Source: a virus. From it: a stretch of DNA of 64,000 nt. The DNA lies in IMG/VR virus record IMGVR_UViG_3300012682_000001, positions 1-64,000 of that record; one strand, 5' to 3'. Under the pieces are notes generated by a model, which was not told the DNA's origin, searched no databases, and worked only from the letters and a program-made list of their open reading frames with translations. Below, in pieces: positions 53,299 through 61,491 of this stretch. The translations under genes and the position numbers were made by a program. Each line of letters starts with the position of its first letter. Position 1 is the first letter of the stretch.

Positions 53299-53790
53299 AT
53301 GCCCACGAAACCCATCCCGTCATCTCCTAAAGTTGTCGTCGTTACCAGCCCCGAAGAGGTCCTCGTCGATGGAGAGAGCTTCGGCGCAGTGGCTGATACT
53401 ATCTCAAACAACCCCCACCTTGCTGCATCCATCCAGCGCGCGTTACAAGCCTGGCATGATGATAAAAAGTCCAAAGATAAAGAAGCCCGCGCAGCCGAAT
53501 TTCTCGCCGAGAAAGAAACCCACCGCTGCGAAAAAGAGTCCAGGGACGCCGAGCAAGGAGCCCGCATAGAGGCCCTTCAATCCACCGCAATAGAGGCCGC
53601 TCGTCTGCAAGCGATCTTCAAGCAGCTCTCCACAGTAGCCGACGACAAGGAGCTGTCTCCAGAGGACCAGCTAGCAAGACTCACTCAGGTCATCACCGAA
53701 GCCCTCAAGCCAGAGAGACAGCGCCGTAGGGAAACCCTCGAAGCCGAAGTAGCCTCCAAGCAAACCGAACTCGACGAACTAACCACATGA
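53299..53790 (+). CDS. hypothetical coiled-coil protein
   Basis: Track ORF directly after the fibre gene. Confidence 0.6.
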   Translation: MPTKPIPSSPKVVVVTSPEEVLVDGESFGAVADTISNNPHLAASIQRALQAWHDDKKSKDKEARAAEFLAEKETHRCEKESRDAEQGARIEALQSTAIEAARLQAIFKQLSTVADDKELSPEDQLARLTQVITEALKPERQRRRETLEAEVASKQTELDELTT

Positions 53791-54251
53791 ACATCCTAAT
53801 CGTAGAAGACCACGAACCATACTCCAACACCCTCTGCCGACTAATCACCGAAAAGATGGGAGCCGACTGCTTTGTAGCATCCACCATCGAGGATGCGCTG
53901 GGCATTACCAAGATCACCCGTATCGACATCACCCTGCTGGCCCTGAGCCTTCCGGTAACCAAGGGCAGCAAGGAGCTAATGCCACTCCAGGAGGTCATCG
54001 CGAGCATCCCCCTTTTCCCGCCTCCGGTCATCGTGGTGACCGACCGCGAGGACAATGATGGGTTAATCGAGATCGATTGCTACCGGAACTGGGCGCAGAA
54101 CTTCATCACCAAGGACGCCCTTCGTGACGGACTGGGTAAATTCAAGGGAGCGGAATTGATTAAGGAGATCACCAAGTCATACTGGCGGAACGTTCTCCCG
54201 GACCAGTCTCTCAAGCCCATACACGAACTAGCCGAAGCAACCAGCGCGTGA
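53787..54251 (+). CDS. orphan CheY-like receiver domain protein lacking the phospho-acceptor Asp
   Basis: MNILIVEDHE ... RIDITLLALSLP (Ala at 53940-53942 where LLD is expected) ... PVIVVTDRE ... FITKDAL. Confidence 0.75.
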   Translation: MNILIVEDHEPYSNTLCRLITEKMGADCFVASTIEDALGITKITRIDITLLALSLPVTKGSKELMPLQEVIASIPLFPPPVIVVTDREDNDGLIEIDCYRNWAQNFITKDALRDGLGKFKGAELIKEITKSYWRNVLPDQSLKPIHELAEATSA

Positions 54252-54257
54252 GCGAAG

Positions 54258-54695
54258 ATGGATGAAATCCTGGAGCAGGCGAGAGCCAAGAAGGAGGCAT
54301 TGCGTGAGGAGCGAGATGAGGTCGACCGCGTAATATCGCGCGGCAGACTCCTGCTTGGAACAGTGATCTCGATATGCCTGGCCTGCATCAGCGGCGCGGT
54401 CTGGATTACCAAGCTACAAGGAAGAGCCGCGGAACTTGAGCGACTGGTGGGTGAGCGCGGAACCCGCCTTGATAAAATCGAGACCAGGCAAGCCACCTTC
54501 GAGGCCTACATCGTCTCCAATAACACCAGCACACTGAACCTCACCAACCGGATCAACGCCAACGAGAAGCTGATCGACGTGCTTAGGGTCGAGCTCATGA
54601 AAGACCACGATCGGACCGAAAAGATGTGGTGGCAGCGAATGCAGGGTAAAACCAACAGGGACATCAAAGGTGAAGGGGGTGTTGACGAACCCTGA
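54258..54695 (+). CDS. membrane-anchored coiled-coil protein (i-spanin-like)
   Basis: One TM segment (LLLGTVISICLACISGAVWIT) followed by a coiled coil; first gene of the lysis cluster. Confidence 0.5.
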   Translation: MDEILEQARAKKEALREERDEVDRVISRGRLLLGTVISICLACISGAVWITKLQGRAAELERLVGERGTRLDKIETRQATFEAYIVSNNTSTLNLTNRINANEKLIDVLRVELMKDHDRTEKMWWQRMQGKTNRDIKGEGGVDEP

Positions 54696-54718
54696 GTATT
54701 GACACCCCGCCTCCAGCA

Positions 54719-55123
54719 ATGAAATCACTACCCGTCCTGCTTGTAACCGCACTCCTGCTCGCAAGCTGCGCGACCAATACCGGCGATCCTGATAAGGACG
54801 CGCGGGCTAAATCAACCAATGCGGTGCTCGCGCAGGCGGCTCAGGTCCTCGGGCAGCTCGCTGTAAACTCGCTGCTCAAGACCGCCCAGACCGAGATGGG
54901 GAGCAACACCGACATGGGCCACGCCGCGGCACAGGGAGTATGGGGGCAGGCGGCATCATGGGTCACGAGTCAGGGGATCGCGCTGGTGATCAATCAGTTT
55001 TCCAACCGCACCCTGAGCAAGACGGCTGCGGTAGCCAAGGATGTGTTTTCCTCCAGCTCGGCTCAGCCAGCCCAAAAGGCTACAGCCATCGCCTCTGTGA
55101 TCTCAGCCGCAGCTTCGCGATGA
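54719..55123 (+). CDS. lipoprotein
   Basis: MKSLPVLLVTALLLASC lipobox signal peptide. Confidence 0.65.
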   Translation: MKSLPVLLVTALLLASCATNTGDPDKDARAKSTNAVLAQAAQVLGQLAVNSLLKTAQTEMGSNTDMGHAAAQGVWGQAASWVTSQGIALVINQFSNRTLSKTAAVAKDVFSSSSAQPAQKATAIASVISAAASR

Positions 55124-55371
55124 AGTCCAGAGCCATGGTGGCTACTGAAGGGGCGCTCTATTTCATCCTCGGAGCCTTCCCTCCGATGATCACCGAGCTG
55201 GTCGGGGATGAGCCCCTCACCACCCGGCACCTCTTCGTCATCGGTCTACTAGCACTCGTCGGAGGGTGCACCGCACTGAAGGCATTCTTCAGCCAAGCCA
55301 TTGGCAACCCCCAGGATGTCATCGTAAAAAACAAGGACAACCAAGCTATCCCAACCGATCCGCAATCATGA
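55120..55371 (+). CDS. two-TM membrane protein (holin candidate)
   Basis: Internal ATG (MKSRAMVATEGALYFILGAFPPMI...) ATGA-coupled to the lipoprotein stop. Confidence 0.5.
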   Translation: MKSRAMVATEGALYFILGAFPPMITELVGDEPLTTRHLFVIGLLALVGGCTALKAFFSQAIGNPQDVIVKNKDNQAIPTDPQS

Positions 55372-55577
55372 TTCCAATCCTCGCCATCCTCAACATCTCT
55401 GCACTCTTGCAGATGCTCATCTACCTCGCGATCGTCGGTCTGATCATCTGGGGTATCTTCGCACTCCTACGCCACTTCGGACTGGCCATCCCTCAGCCGG
55501 TGATGATCGTGCTCTACGTGCTCGCTGGCGTGGCGCTGATCTTATTCCTTGCCAGGGCCTTTGGCGTGGCCGTATAA
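55368..55577 (+). CDS. small multi-TM membrane protein (holin/antiholin candidate)
   Basis: Internal ATG (MIPILAILNISALLQMLIYLAIVGLIIWGIF...), immediately upstream of the endolysin. Confidence 0.55.
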   Translation: MIPILAILNISALLQMLIYLAIVGLIIWGIFALLRHFGLAIPQPVMIVLYVLAGVALILFLARAFGVAV

Positions 55578-55583
55578 GCGGCC

Positions 55584-56063
55584 ATGATCGCGCCCCAGCT
55601 AGTCAAGATCGCCAAGGCGGAGGTAGGCGTAGAGGAGGTCAATGGGTCGAATTGCGGTCCTCGGGTGAATGAGTATAAAGCAGCCACGCGCCTCCCGGCA
55701 AAAGAGGCATGGCCATGGTGTGCAGCATTCGTTTGCTGGTGCGTGAAGCAGGCCATGGGCGACGGTAAGTTTACCTTCGAGCGTCCAACTACGGCTGGAG
55801 CATGGGACTTCGAGAACTGGTCCCGAGCGCAGGACGACAGCACCAGCACCAAGAAGCCCGCTGGTGAAGACGTGAAAGCCGGGGACATCGTGGTCTTCAG
55901 GTTCTCCCACATCGGCATCGCAGTAAGCAGCCCTGACGCGGACGGCTACATTAAAACCGTGGAGGGAAACACAGACTCAGCAGGATCACGAGAAGGTGGG
56001 GGCGTATTCCTCAAAAACCGCAAGATCAGCCAAGTCAGGAGCCGGATTCGGTTTACCGTCTAG
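55584..56063 (+). CDS. CHAP-domain endolysin
   Basis: NGSNCGPRVNEY ... WPWCAAFVCW (Cys), GDIVVFRFSHIGIAV (His), TVEGNT. Confidence 0.8.
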   Translation: MIAPQLVKIAKAEVGVEEVNGSNCGPRVNEYKAATRLPAKEAWPWCAAFVCWCVKQAMGDGKFTFERPTTAGAWDFENWSRAQDDSTSTKKPAGEDVKAGDIVVFRFSHIGIAVSSPDADGYIKTVEGNTDSAGSREGGGVFLKNRKISQVRSRIRFTV

Positions 56064-56066
56064 GCG

Positions 56067-56267
56067 ATGTCCTGGTCCGCAAGGTGCCCCAAGGAACCTG
56101 GGTGGTATCTATTGCGCTGTGACGAGAACGATAGGCGTGCGCAGCAGGTCTCTGTCTTCCTGAGAGAGGGCCAGCTATGGGCCTCCGACCCGGACCTCGG
56201 GAACCAGCCCGTGTCTATTCTGCACGCAGGGCTTATTGATCCATCCTGGTGTCCCGTAGGGAAATAG
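56067..56267 (+). CDS. hypothetical protein
   Basis: Track ORF. Confidence 0.5.
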   Translation: MSWSARCPKEPGWYLLRCDENDRRAQQVSVFLREGQLWASDPDLGNQPVSILHAGLIDPSWCPVGK

Positions 56268-56307
56268 TCCTCGACACAGCGTCTGCCATGGCTACAAGGC
56301 CACGCAG

Positions 56308-56982
56308 ATGCCCGACGCAGCCTACGAGGAACGCCGCTTCGCCCGTGACGCCGAATACCTTCTGGCATGGGAGAAGGCCCCGGAATCATTCCGTAAAGCC
56401 GCAGAGTCAGCCGGGGTGGAAGGTCCTGAACTGGACCGAACTAGCCAGGCAATGGAATACGAAGAAGGGTATCTATCCGCCAGCACCACGCCAGACATGG
56501 CCAGGGACATCGACACGCATGTTGACGAGCTGGTGGAGAAGCATGGGGTCGAGAATGAAGAGCTGGTTCGAGCAGTAGCTGCTGACCTCAAGAAGCCGAT
56601 GGACCTGGAGATCGAGCGAGGGCGATCCCTCATGCTCGGCAGGGTGGTGATGCACCTGGTAAGGTCTGAGACTTCCAACGTCCTGGCTGGCGTCCACGGG
56701 CTAATGCACGCTATTCCGCGACTGGCCGCAGCCAATGGCTTCACCAGCATGCGGAAATCCGCACTGGCCTGCAATGTCTCCCAGGAGTGGATCAGGAAGA
56801 GCCGCAATCGGTGGTGCCACACGATGGGTGTTGAAATACCAGTCGAGGGCCGCAAGAGCCCAGAGGCCTGCGCGAAGTATTCCAAGTGCGGGAAGGAGAA
56901 CCACTGGACACGCCAGAAGTTTACCGATACACCAACCAAACAATGCCAAACGAACCTACCTCAGAAGCTGCAAGCGGCCTGA
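56308..56982 (+). CDS. hypothetical protein with sigma region-4-like HTH
   Basis: FTSMRKSALACNVSQEWIRKSRNRWCHTMG resembles a sigma-70 region 4.2-type HTH. Confidence 0.5.
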   Translation: MPDAAYEERRFARDAEYLLAWEKAPESFRKAAESAGVEGPELDRTSQAMEYEEGYLSASTTPDMARDIDTHVDELVEKHGVENEELVRAVAADLKKPMDLEIERGRSLMLGRVVMHLVRSETSNVLAGVHGLMHAIPRLAAANGFTSMRKSALACNVSQEWIRKSRNRWCHTMGVEIPVEGRKSPEACAKYSKCGKENHWTRQKFTDTPTKQCQTNLPQKLQAA

Positions 56983-57635
56983 CCCAGCAACTGGAGCTGG
57001 TCATCCAGCAGCACGACATCCCCGAGGGATGGAAGCCGCCCTTCGCCCTCAGCCCCGACCGGCCCATCACCATCCGCGAAGACCTGACGCTGGAGGAATT
57101 CAAGGAGGGGCTGAGGTCCTTCAAGGTGATGCGCCAGCGCCTCGACTCGATGATGGAGATCGGCCAATCCGACTACATCGCATGGGGAAAGCTCAAGTTC
57201 GGCAAGGACGCCGTGAATGCCAGCCTGGCGCAACTGGAGTTCGACATGCCAACGGTCAATCGCGCGCTGGACATTCAGAATATCCCAACCGAGCTAAGGC
57301 AACCGAACCTGGAGGCCGATCATTACGTCGTATTGGCCCGTGCTGGGCTCAAGAAGGCAAAACAAGTATATTGGTCCAAACTGGCCTCCCAGCTCAACCT
57401 GAGCCCTTCTCAGCTCAAGCTGAGCATCGTCAAGGGGGAGGTGACCAGCGCCGGTGAGAGCAAGAAACTCACCCACGGCATTCTATCGATCCACGGAGTG
57501 AGGCACGAGCTGGACATCTGGCTCTCCCGAGTCGGAGGCGCTGAGGGCATCAAGAAGCTCGAACCGGCAGTGCAGAATGAGATCGTGGAGAACCTCAGGC
57601 CGTTCGCTGAGCTGTATCGGGAGCTGGTCGAATGA
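56943..57635 (+). CDS. hypothetical protein
   Basis: Internal ATG (MPNEPTSEAASG...) of track ORF 56886..57635; start uncertain. Confidence 0.5.
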   Translation: MPNEPTSEAASGLTQQLELVIQQHDIPEGWKPPFALSPDRPITIREDLTLEEFKEGLRSFKVMRQRLDSMMEIGQSDYIAWGKLKFGKDAVNASLAQLEFDMPTVNRALDIQNIPTELRQPNLEADHYVVLARAGLKKAKQVYWSKLASQLNLSPSQLKLSIVKGEVTSAGESKKLTHGILSIHGVRHELDIWLSRVGGAEGIKKLEPAVQNEIVENLRPFAELYRELVE

Positions 57636-57766
57636 TCGAGCTGGTCATCATACCCATTGGCTTACTGGCCGCTGCGGGCATGGTGCTCTGGCTGACAAGC
57701 GATGCCCCGCATGGCCACGAAGACGAGGATGGATTCCACGAGGACGACAACAAACCAAACCCATGA
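57632..57766 (+). CDS. small membrane peptide (44 aa)
   Basis: Read by hand: MIELVIIPIGLLAAAGMVLWLTSDAPHGHEDEDGFHEDDNKPNP; ATGA-coupled on both sides. Confidence 0.35.
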   Translation: MIELVIIPIGLLAAAGMVLWLTSDAPHGHEDEDGFHEDDNKPNP

Positions 57767-58116
57767 TCACTAAAGAAGAATACCAGCAGGCCATCTCAGT
57801 CAGGGATCAGGCCGAAGTCACAATCAATGCTTACGGTAAGCAGCGCATCGAGGAATTCGGAGCGCGCTGGGCTAAGTTCCTGATAGGCGGGGACCCATTC
57901 CCCGATACCGACCTGCGCTACTCAGCCAGCGCCCGCTGTCATTGCGGTGCTGGATTAGCATACCCCAGGAACTGCGGCGGCCTTCATCAATGGGACTGCT
58001 CGGCAGTGCTGAAGGGCGAGGCAACCGAGGGCGCTCATGAGAAATACCCATTCATGTTCTACGAGATCAAATCCGAAGAGCAGCCCAGCGCCCATGGTGC
58101 GACCACCCGGCCCTAA
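57763..58116 (+). CDS. hypothetical protein
   Basis: Internal ATG (MITKEEYQQAISVRDQ...) of track ORF 57577..58116. Confidence 0.5.
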   Translation: MITKEEYQQAISVRDQAEVTINAYGKQRIEEFGARWAKFLIGGDPFPDTDLRYSASARCHCGAGLAYPRNCGGLHQWDCSAVLKGEATEGAHEKYPFMFYEIKSEEQPSAHGATTRP

Positions 58117-58120
58117 GCCA

Positions 58121-58849
58121 ATGATCCTCAAAAACAACCAGACCACTGAAGACCCACGCCTCGATCGCGTGGTGCTCTTCGATGAGCGCTCCAAGGCCTT
58201 CCCTATCAGGGCCACCATCGAGCAGAAGAAGCCCCGCTCTTACACTTGGCGCTGCATGGAGTGGTTCGATCAAGGTCGAGAGGGAAAGTGCGTGGCATAC
58301 GGAATCGGGCACGAGCTGGCAGCAAGACCATCGGAGATCACCGGACTGACACCGGAAGTCCTACAGAACATATACTGGCAGGCGCAACGCAACGATCCCT
58401 GGCCAGGTGGCAGTTATCCAGGCGCCCAACCATTCTACGATGGGACAGCCGTGCTAGCAGGAGTGAAAGAGGCGCAGTCACTCGGCTACTTCGGCTCCTA
58501 CCGCTGGAGCTTCTCACTCGCTGAGCTGAACATGGGCCTGAGCTACGCAGGCCCCGCAGTGCTTGGACTCGCGTGGTATGAGGGGATGTTCAACACCGAC
58601 AGCCAGGGCTACATCCGCGTCACTGGTCAGGTGACTGGAGGTCACTGCGTCTGCGCCCGCGGCGTGGACATCAAGAACAAGCGCATTCTCATTCGCAATA
58701 GTTGGTCCGCTACATGGGGTATCAACGGAGACGCTTGGATCACCTTCGACGACATGGACCGCCTCCTGCATGAGCAGGGAGAGGCTTGCTTCTTCCTCGA
58801 TCGGAAGAAAGCCCCACGTCGGTCCAGGGTGGTAGCTCCGCTGTCCTGA
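58121..58849 (+). CDS. papain-like (C1-type) cysteine peptidase
   Basis: QGREGKCVAYG (Gln/Cys), GGHCVCARG (His), IRNSWSATWGINGDAWI (Asn-Ser-Trp). Confidence 0.75.
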   Translation: MILKNNQTTEDPRLDRVVLFDERSKAFPIRATIEQKKPRSYTWRCMEWFDQGREGKCVAYGIGHELAARPSEITGLTPEVLQNIYWQAQRNDPWPGGSYPGAQPFYDGTAVLAGVKEAQSLGYFGSYRWSFSLAELNMGLSYAGPAVLGLAWYEGMFNTDSQGYIRVTGQVTGGHCVCARGVDIKNKRILIRNSWSATWGINGDAWITFDDMDRLLHEQGEACFFLDRKKAPRRSRVVAPLS

Positions 58850-58975
58850 TACTACCAGGGCAGCAAAAGGTCACCACGGGCATCCTCGTGAGATCACGGG
58901 GCGTTACGGGGATGCCCATAACGGGGACAGAAAGAGCTTGCAGGCCCCGCCCACGAGCACTACACCAGAGCCACT

Positions 58976-59242
58976 ATGACAAACCAAACTATGCACACCC
59001 CAAACGACATCGAGGTAATGCTGCACTACTACTGCTCCAGTGCCCGGCACCCCCGATACAATGCGCCCGCAGTGATGGACGCTATAAATAATCTCGTAAG
59101 GCAGGGCCTGCTCATGGGTAGCCAAAGAGAAAGCGGGCACGAGGCAACCCCCAGAGGCGAAGCGTGGGTAAGGGTGATCTGCTCCACACCATTCCCTGAG
59201 CAGGCATGGGTAAACCCGGTAACGAAAGAGGTGATCAAATGA
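58976..59242 (+). CDS. hypothetical protein
   Basis: Track ORF. Confidence 0.5.
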   Translation: MTNQTMHTPNDIEVMLHYYCSSARHPRYNAPAVMDAINNLVRQGLLMGSQRESGHEATPRGEAWVRVICSTPFPEQAWVNPVTKEVIK

Positions 59243-59439
59243 ACAAACCCACCGAACAGATACTGAGCGAATGGCGAGAGATGGCAGAGAATGTAAATTC
59301 AAACCGCTTCACAGACACCAGCCGCGAAGCCACGCCAAGGCTCGCACGGGCGCTGCAACTCGCGATGCCCGTTGTCGCTCATAAAAGTCCGACGATAGCC
59401 CGCGAGATCAACCGCATCCTCAACGGAGAACAACCATGA
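59239..59439 (+). CDS. hypothetical protein
   Basis: Internal ATG (MNKPTEQILSEW...) ATGA-coupled. Confidence 0.45.
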   Translation: MNKPTEQILSEWREMAENVNSNRFTDTSREATPRLARALQLAMPVVAHKSPTIAREINRILNGEQP

Positions 59440-59460
59440 AGCGCCAGACAAGGAGGCAGC

Positions 59461-59712
59461 ATGAACCAACCAAGTAGCCCAGACGCCAACGTAGAGGCCA
59501 TCAGGACGATGCTCCTCATCCGCTCCCAAGTGGGCCTCAACAAGTATGGCGTAACCACAGAGCGCCCAGACCTCACCACCCTGCAATGGCTGCGTCACGC
59601 ACAAGAGGAGGCACTGGACACCGCGGTCTATCTCCAGCGCCTGATCACGGACATCGAGAAGGGCAACGCATTCTATGGCGTAGCGGAGCGCATCAAGAGC
59701 GTAGAGCCCTGA
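59461..59712 (+). CDS. hypothetical protein (KYG-motif, possibly MazG/NTP-pyrophosphohydrolase-related)
   Basis: VGLNKYGVTTERPDLTTLQWLRHAQEEALDTAVYL pattern; weak. Confidence 0.45.
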   Translation: MNQPSSPDANVEAIRTMLLIRSQVGLNKYGVTTERPDLTTLQWLRHAQEEALDTAVYLQRLITDIEKGNAFYGVAERIKSVEP

Positions 59713-59714
59713 AT

Positions 59715-59996
59715 ATGAAGACCGTAACGATCCAGATCGGCAACACTGACGACAAGCTCGCGCAGTCCAGATGGGCATCATACGTCGCCTGTATCGGTGA
59801 GTGCGTTCACTGCCACAGCGCAGAGACCCACTTCTACGCCTGCTCACATGGAGCGGAGAGATGGCAAAACGCCTGCTGGGTAGTCACCGGCACAGACCGG
59901 CAACTAGGCAGGCTCAAAGAGCGAATCACGGTGTATCGCCAAAACTTCGATCAAGACAGCGTAGCGTGGACCGAAGGGGAGACGCAGTTCGTATAA
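59715..59996 (+). CDS. hypothetical Cys/His-containing protein
   Basis: Internal ATG (MKTVTIQIGNTDDKL...) of track ORF 59586..59996. Confidence 0.5.
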   Translation: MKTVTIQIGNTDDKLAQSRWASYVACIGECVHCHSAETHFYACSHGAERWQNACWVVTGTDRQLGRLKERITVYRQNFDQDSVAWTEGETQFV

Positions 59997-60002
59997 GGCA
60001 CT

Positions 60003-60515
60003 TCAGGCCTTGGCATGACGAGCCTCATGCGCCCAGTAGCGGTGATAGAATGACCTAAGCAGGTCCGCTCGATCCCCCTCCCACTTGCGCTTATGTCGCT
60101 TGGGCGCCTCCTTCAGCACTGCTACACTGTAGCGCCCTGCGACCATCAGGCCAGCATACTCAGGCACCTCAACGCCCATCATCGCATCAGGGACGACATA
60201 CCAGAAGCGCTGAGGCCCACGATCAGAGCCCGCAAGCAGGTCATGCTTCAGCTCGGCTTCCCTTGGTGCCATGCGCCCAATGGATGGGTCATACACCCAC
60301 CCAGTGCTCCGCTCCTTGAGCACATCGATCCGATAGTCCTGCATAGTGAGCTTGATCTCGAACTCCTGCTCATACCCGGACTTCGTAAGCCTCCACACAT
60401 CACACTCCCACCACTTGGGAGGCGTATAGCGAGGGATGATCAACTCAGAGGCAGAGTGGAGCTTGTTGAAGATGGTAACCCCAATGGAGCGGGCGGTGAG
60501 CTTGGGTGTGGTCAT
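60003..60515 (-). CDS. PD-(D/E)xK nuclease-fold protein (MmcB-like)
   Basis: Internal ATG (MTTPKLTARSIG...); WWECDVWRLTKSGYEQEFEIKLTMQDYRID gives a D...E-x-K core. Confidence 0.55.
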   Translation of the reverse strand: MTTPKLTARSIGVTIFNKLHSASELIIPRYTPPKWWECDVWRLTKSGYEQEFEIKLTMQDYRIDVLKERSTGWVYDPSIGRMAPREAELKHDLLAGSDRGPQRFWYVVPDAMMGVEVPEYAGLMVAGRYSVAVLKEAPKRHKRKWEGDRADLLRSFYHRYWAHEARHAKA

Positions 60516-60870
60516 AGCGTAGGGTATCGTGGTGTTGGCGCTTGATAGACGCAGCATGGTGATGCAGTCAAGGGCGCACCATGAAGCCATACCGCAATCG
60601 CATCGACGCATCACGCCCCCGCAAGTCCAAGACAGCACAGAAGCAGAGGCGACATGAGCACAAGGTGGAGAGGCGCCGACTGCGTGTTGACATGCGCGCT
60701 GCTGATCGAGAGGCGATGACATGAGCAGAAGTCATCCACCACCGCGAGAGGACTCTCTTTGATCACCAAACCCCTTGAGGTGTGGGAGCATCCCCTTTCT
60801 GGGATTCTTGTGCCGCCTCTGTGAAAAGTAGGGGTTACGATTGACGAATAGCCCCAGGAGGGCTAGGACC

Positions 60871-61491
60871 GTGACCCTGATGTTGAGCCTTTCCGAAATT
60901 GCGCGCCACTGGGGGGTGTCAAAGCAGTGCGTGCATAAGAAAGTCGGACAAGGGTGCCCGACCAATTCCCTGCGAGCGGCGGACTTATGGAAGCAGCAAC
61001 AGCAACTCAAGCGGGCAGCCACCAACGGAAGTTCTGCAAACGTGCAGAATGGAGATGAGAAGATCAAAGGACGCCCGCAGAATCAGCGGAAGCCAGTCCG
61101 AACCAAAGACAGCCTGGCGGACGCGCTGAGCAATGCAATCCTGGCCAACGAGGGAGCGTTCGAGGATTACGAGTTCGCTCGGGTGAACAAGCTCGGGACC
61201 AGGAGCGTCAGGCTTTCGGAGTTCAATAAGTCGCTAGACGGGAGGCTGAAGGCGGAGCGGGCCTACCGCGAGGAGATGGAGATTCGCGGAGTGCTGGTGC
61301 CTAAACAGCAGATCGTGGAGATGGCCCGCAGGTGCATGGAGACCGTGCTGAGGCGATTAAACAAGCTACCTCAGGAGCAAGGCCCTCAGTGCAACCCCCA
61401 GGAACCGTTGATGGCGGTCAAGATTCTGGAGCGCGAGGTGGACGAAATTAAGGCCGCGGGGCAAATCGCACTCAATGATCTCCAATCGTAA
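60871..61491 (+). CDS. terS: terminase small subunit
   Basis: N-terminal HTH LSLSEIARHWGVSKQCVHKKVGQGCP, directly upstream of and overlapping TerL. Start uncertain (TTG 60841, GTG 60871 after AGGAGGG, ATG 60880). Confidence 0.65.
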   Translation: MTLMLSLSEIARHWGVSKQCVHKKVGQGCPTNSLRAADLWKQQQQLKRAATNGSSANVQNGDEKIKGRPQNQRKPVRTKDSLADALSNAILANEGAFEDYEFARVNKLGTRSVRLSEFNKSLDGRLKAERAYREEMEIRGVLVPKQQIVEMARRCMETVLRRLNKLPQEQGPQCNPQEPLMAVKILEREVDEIKAAGQIALNDLQS

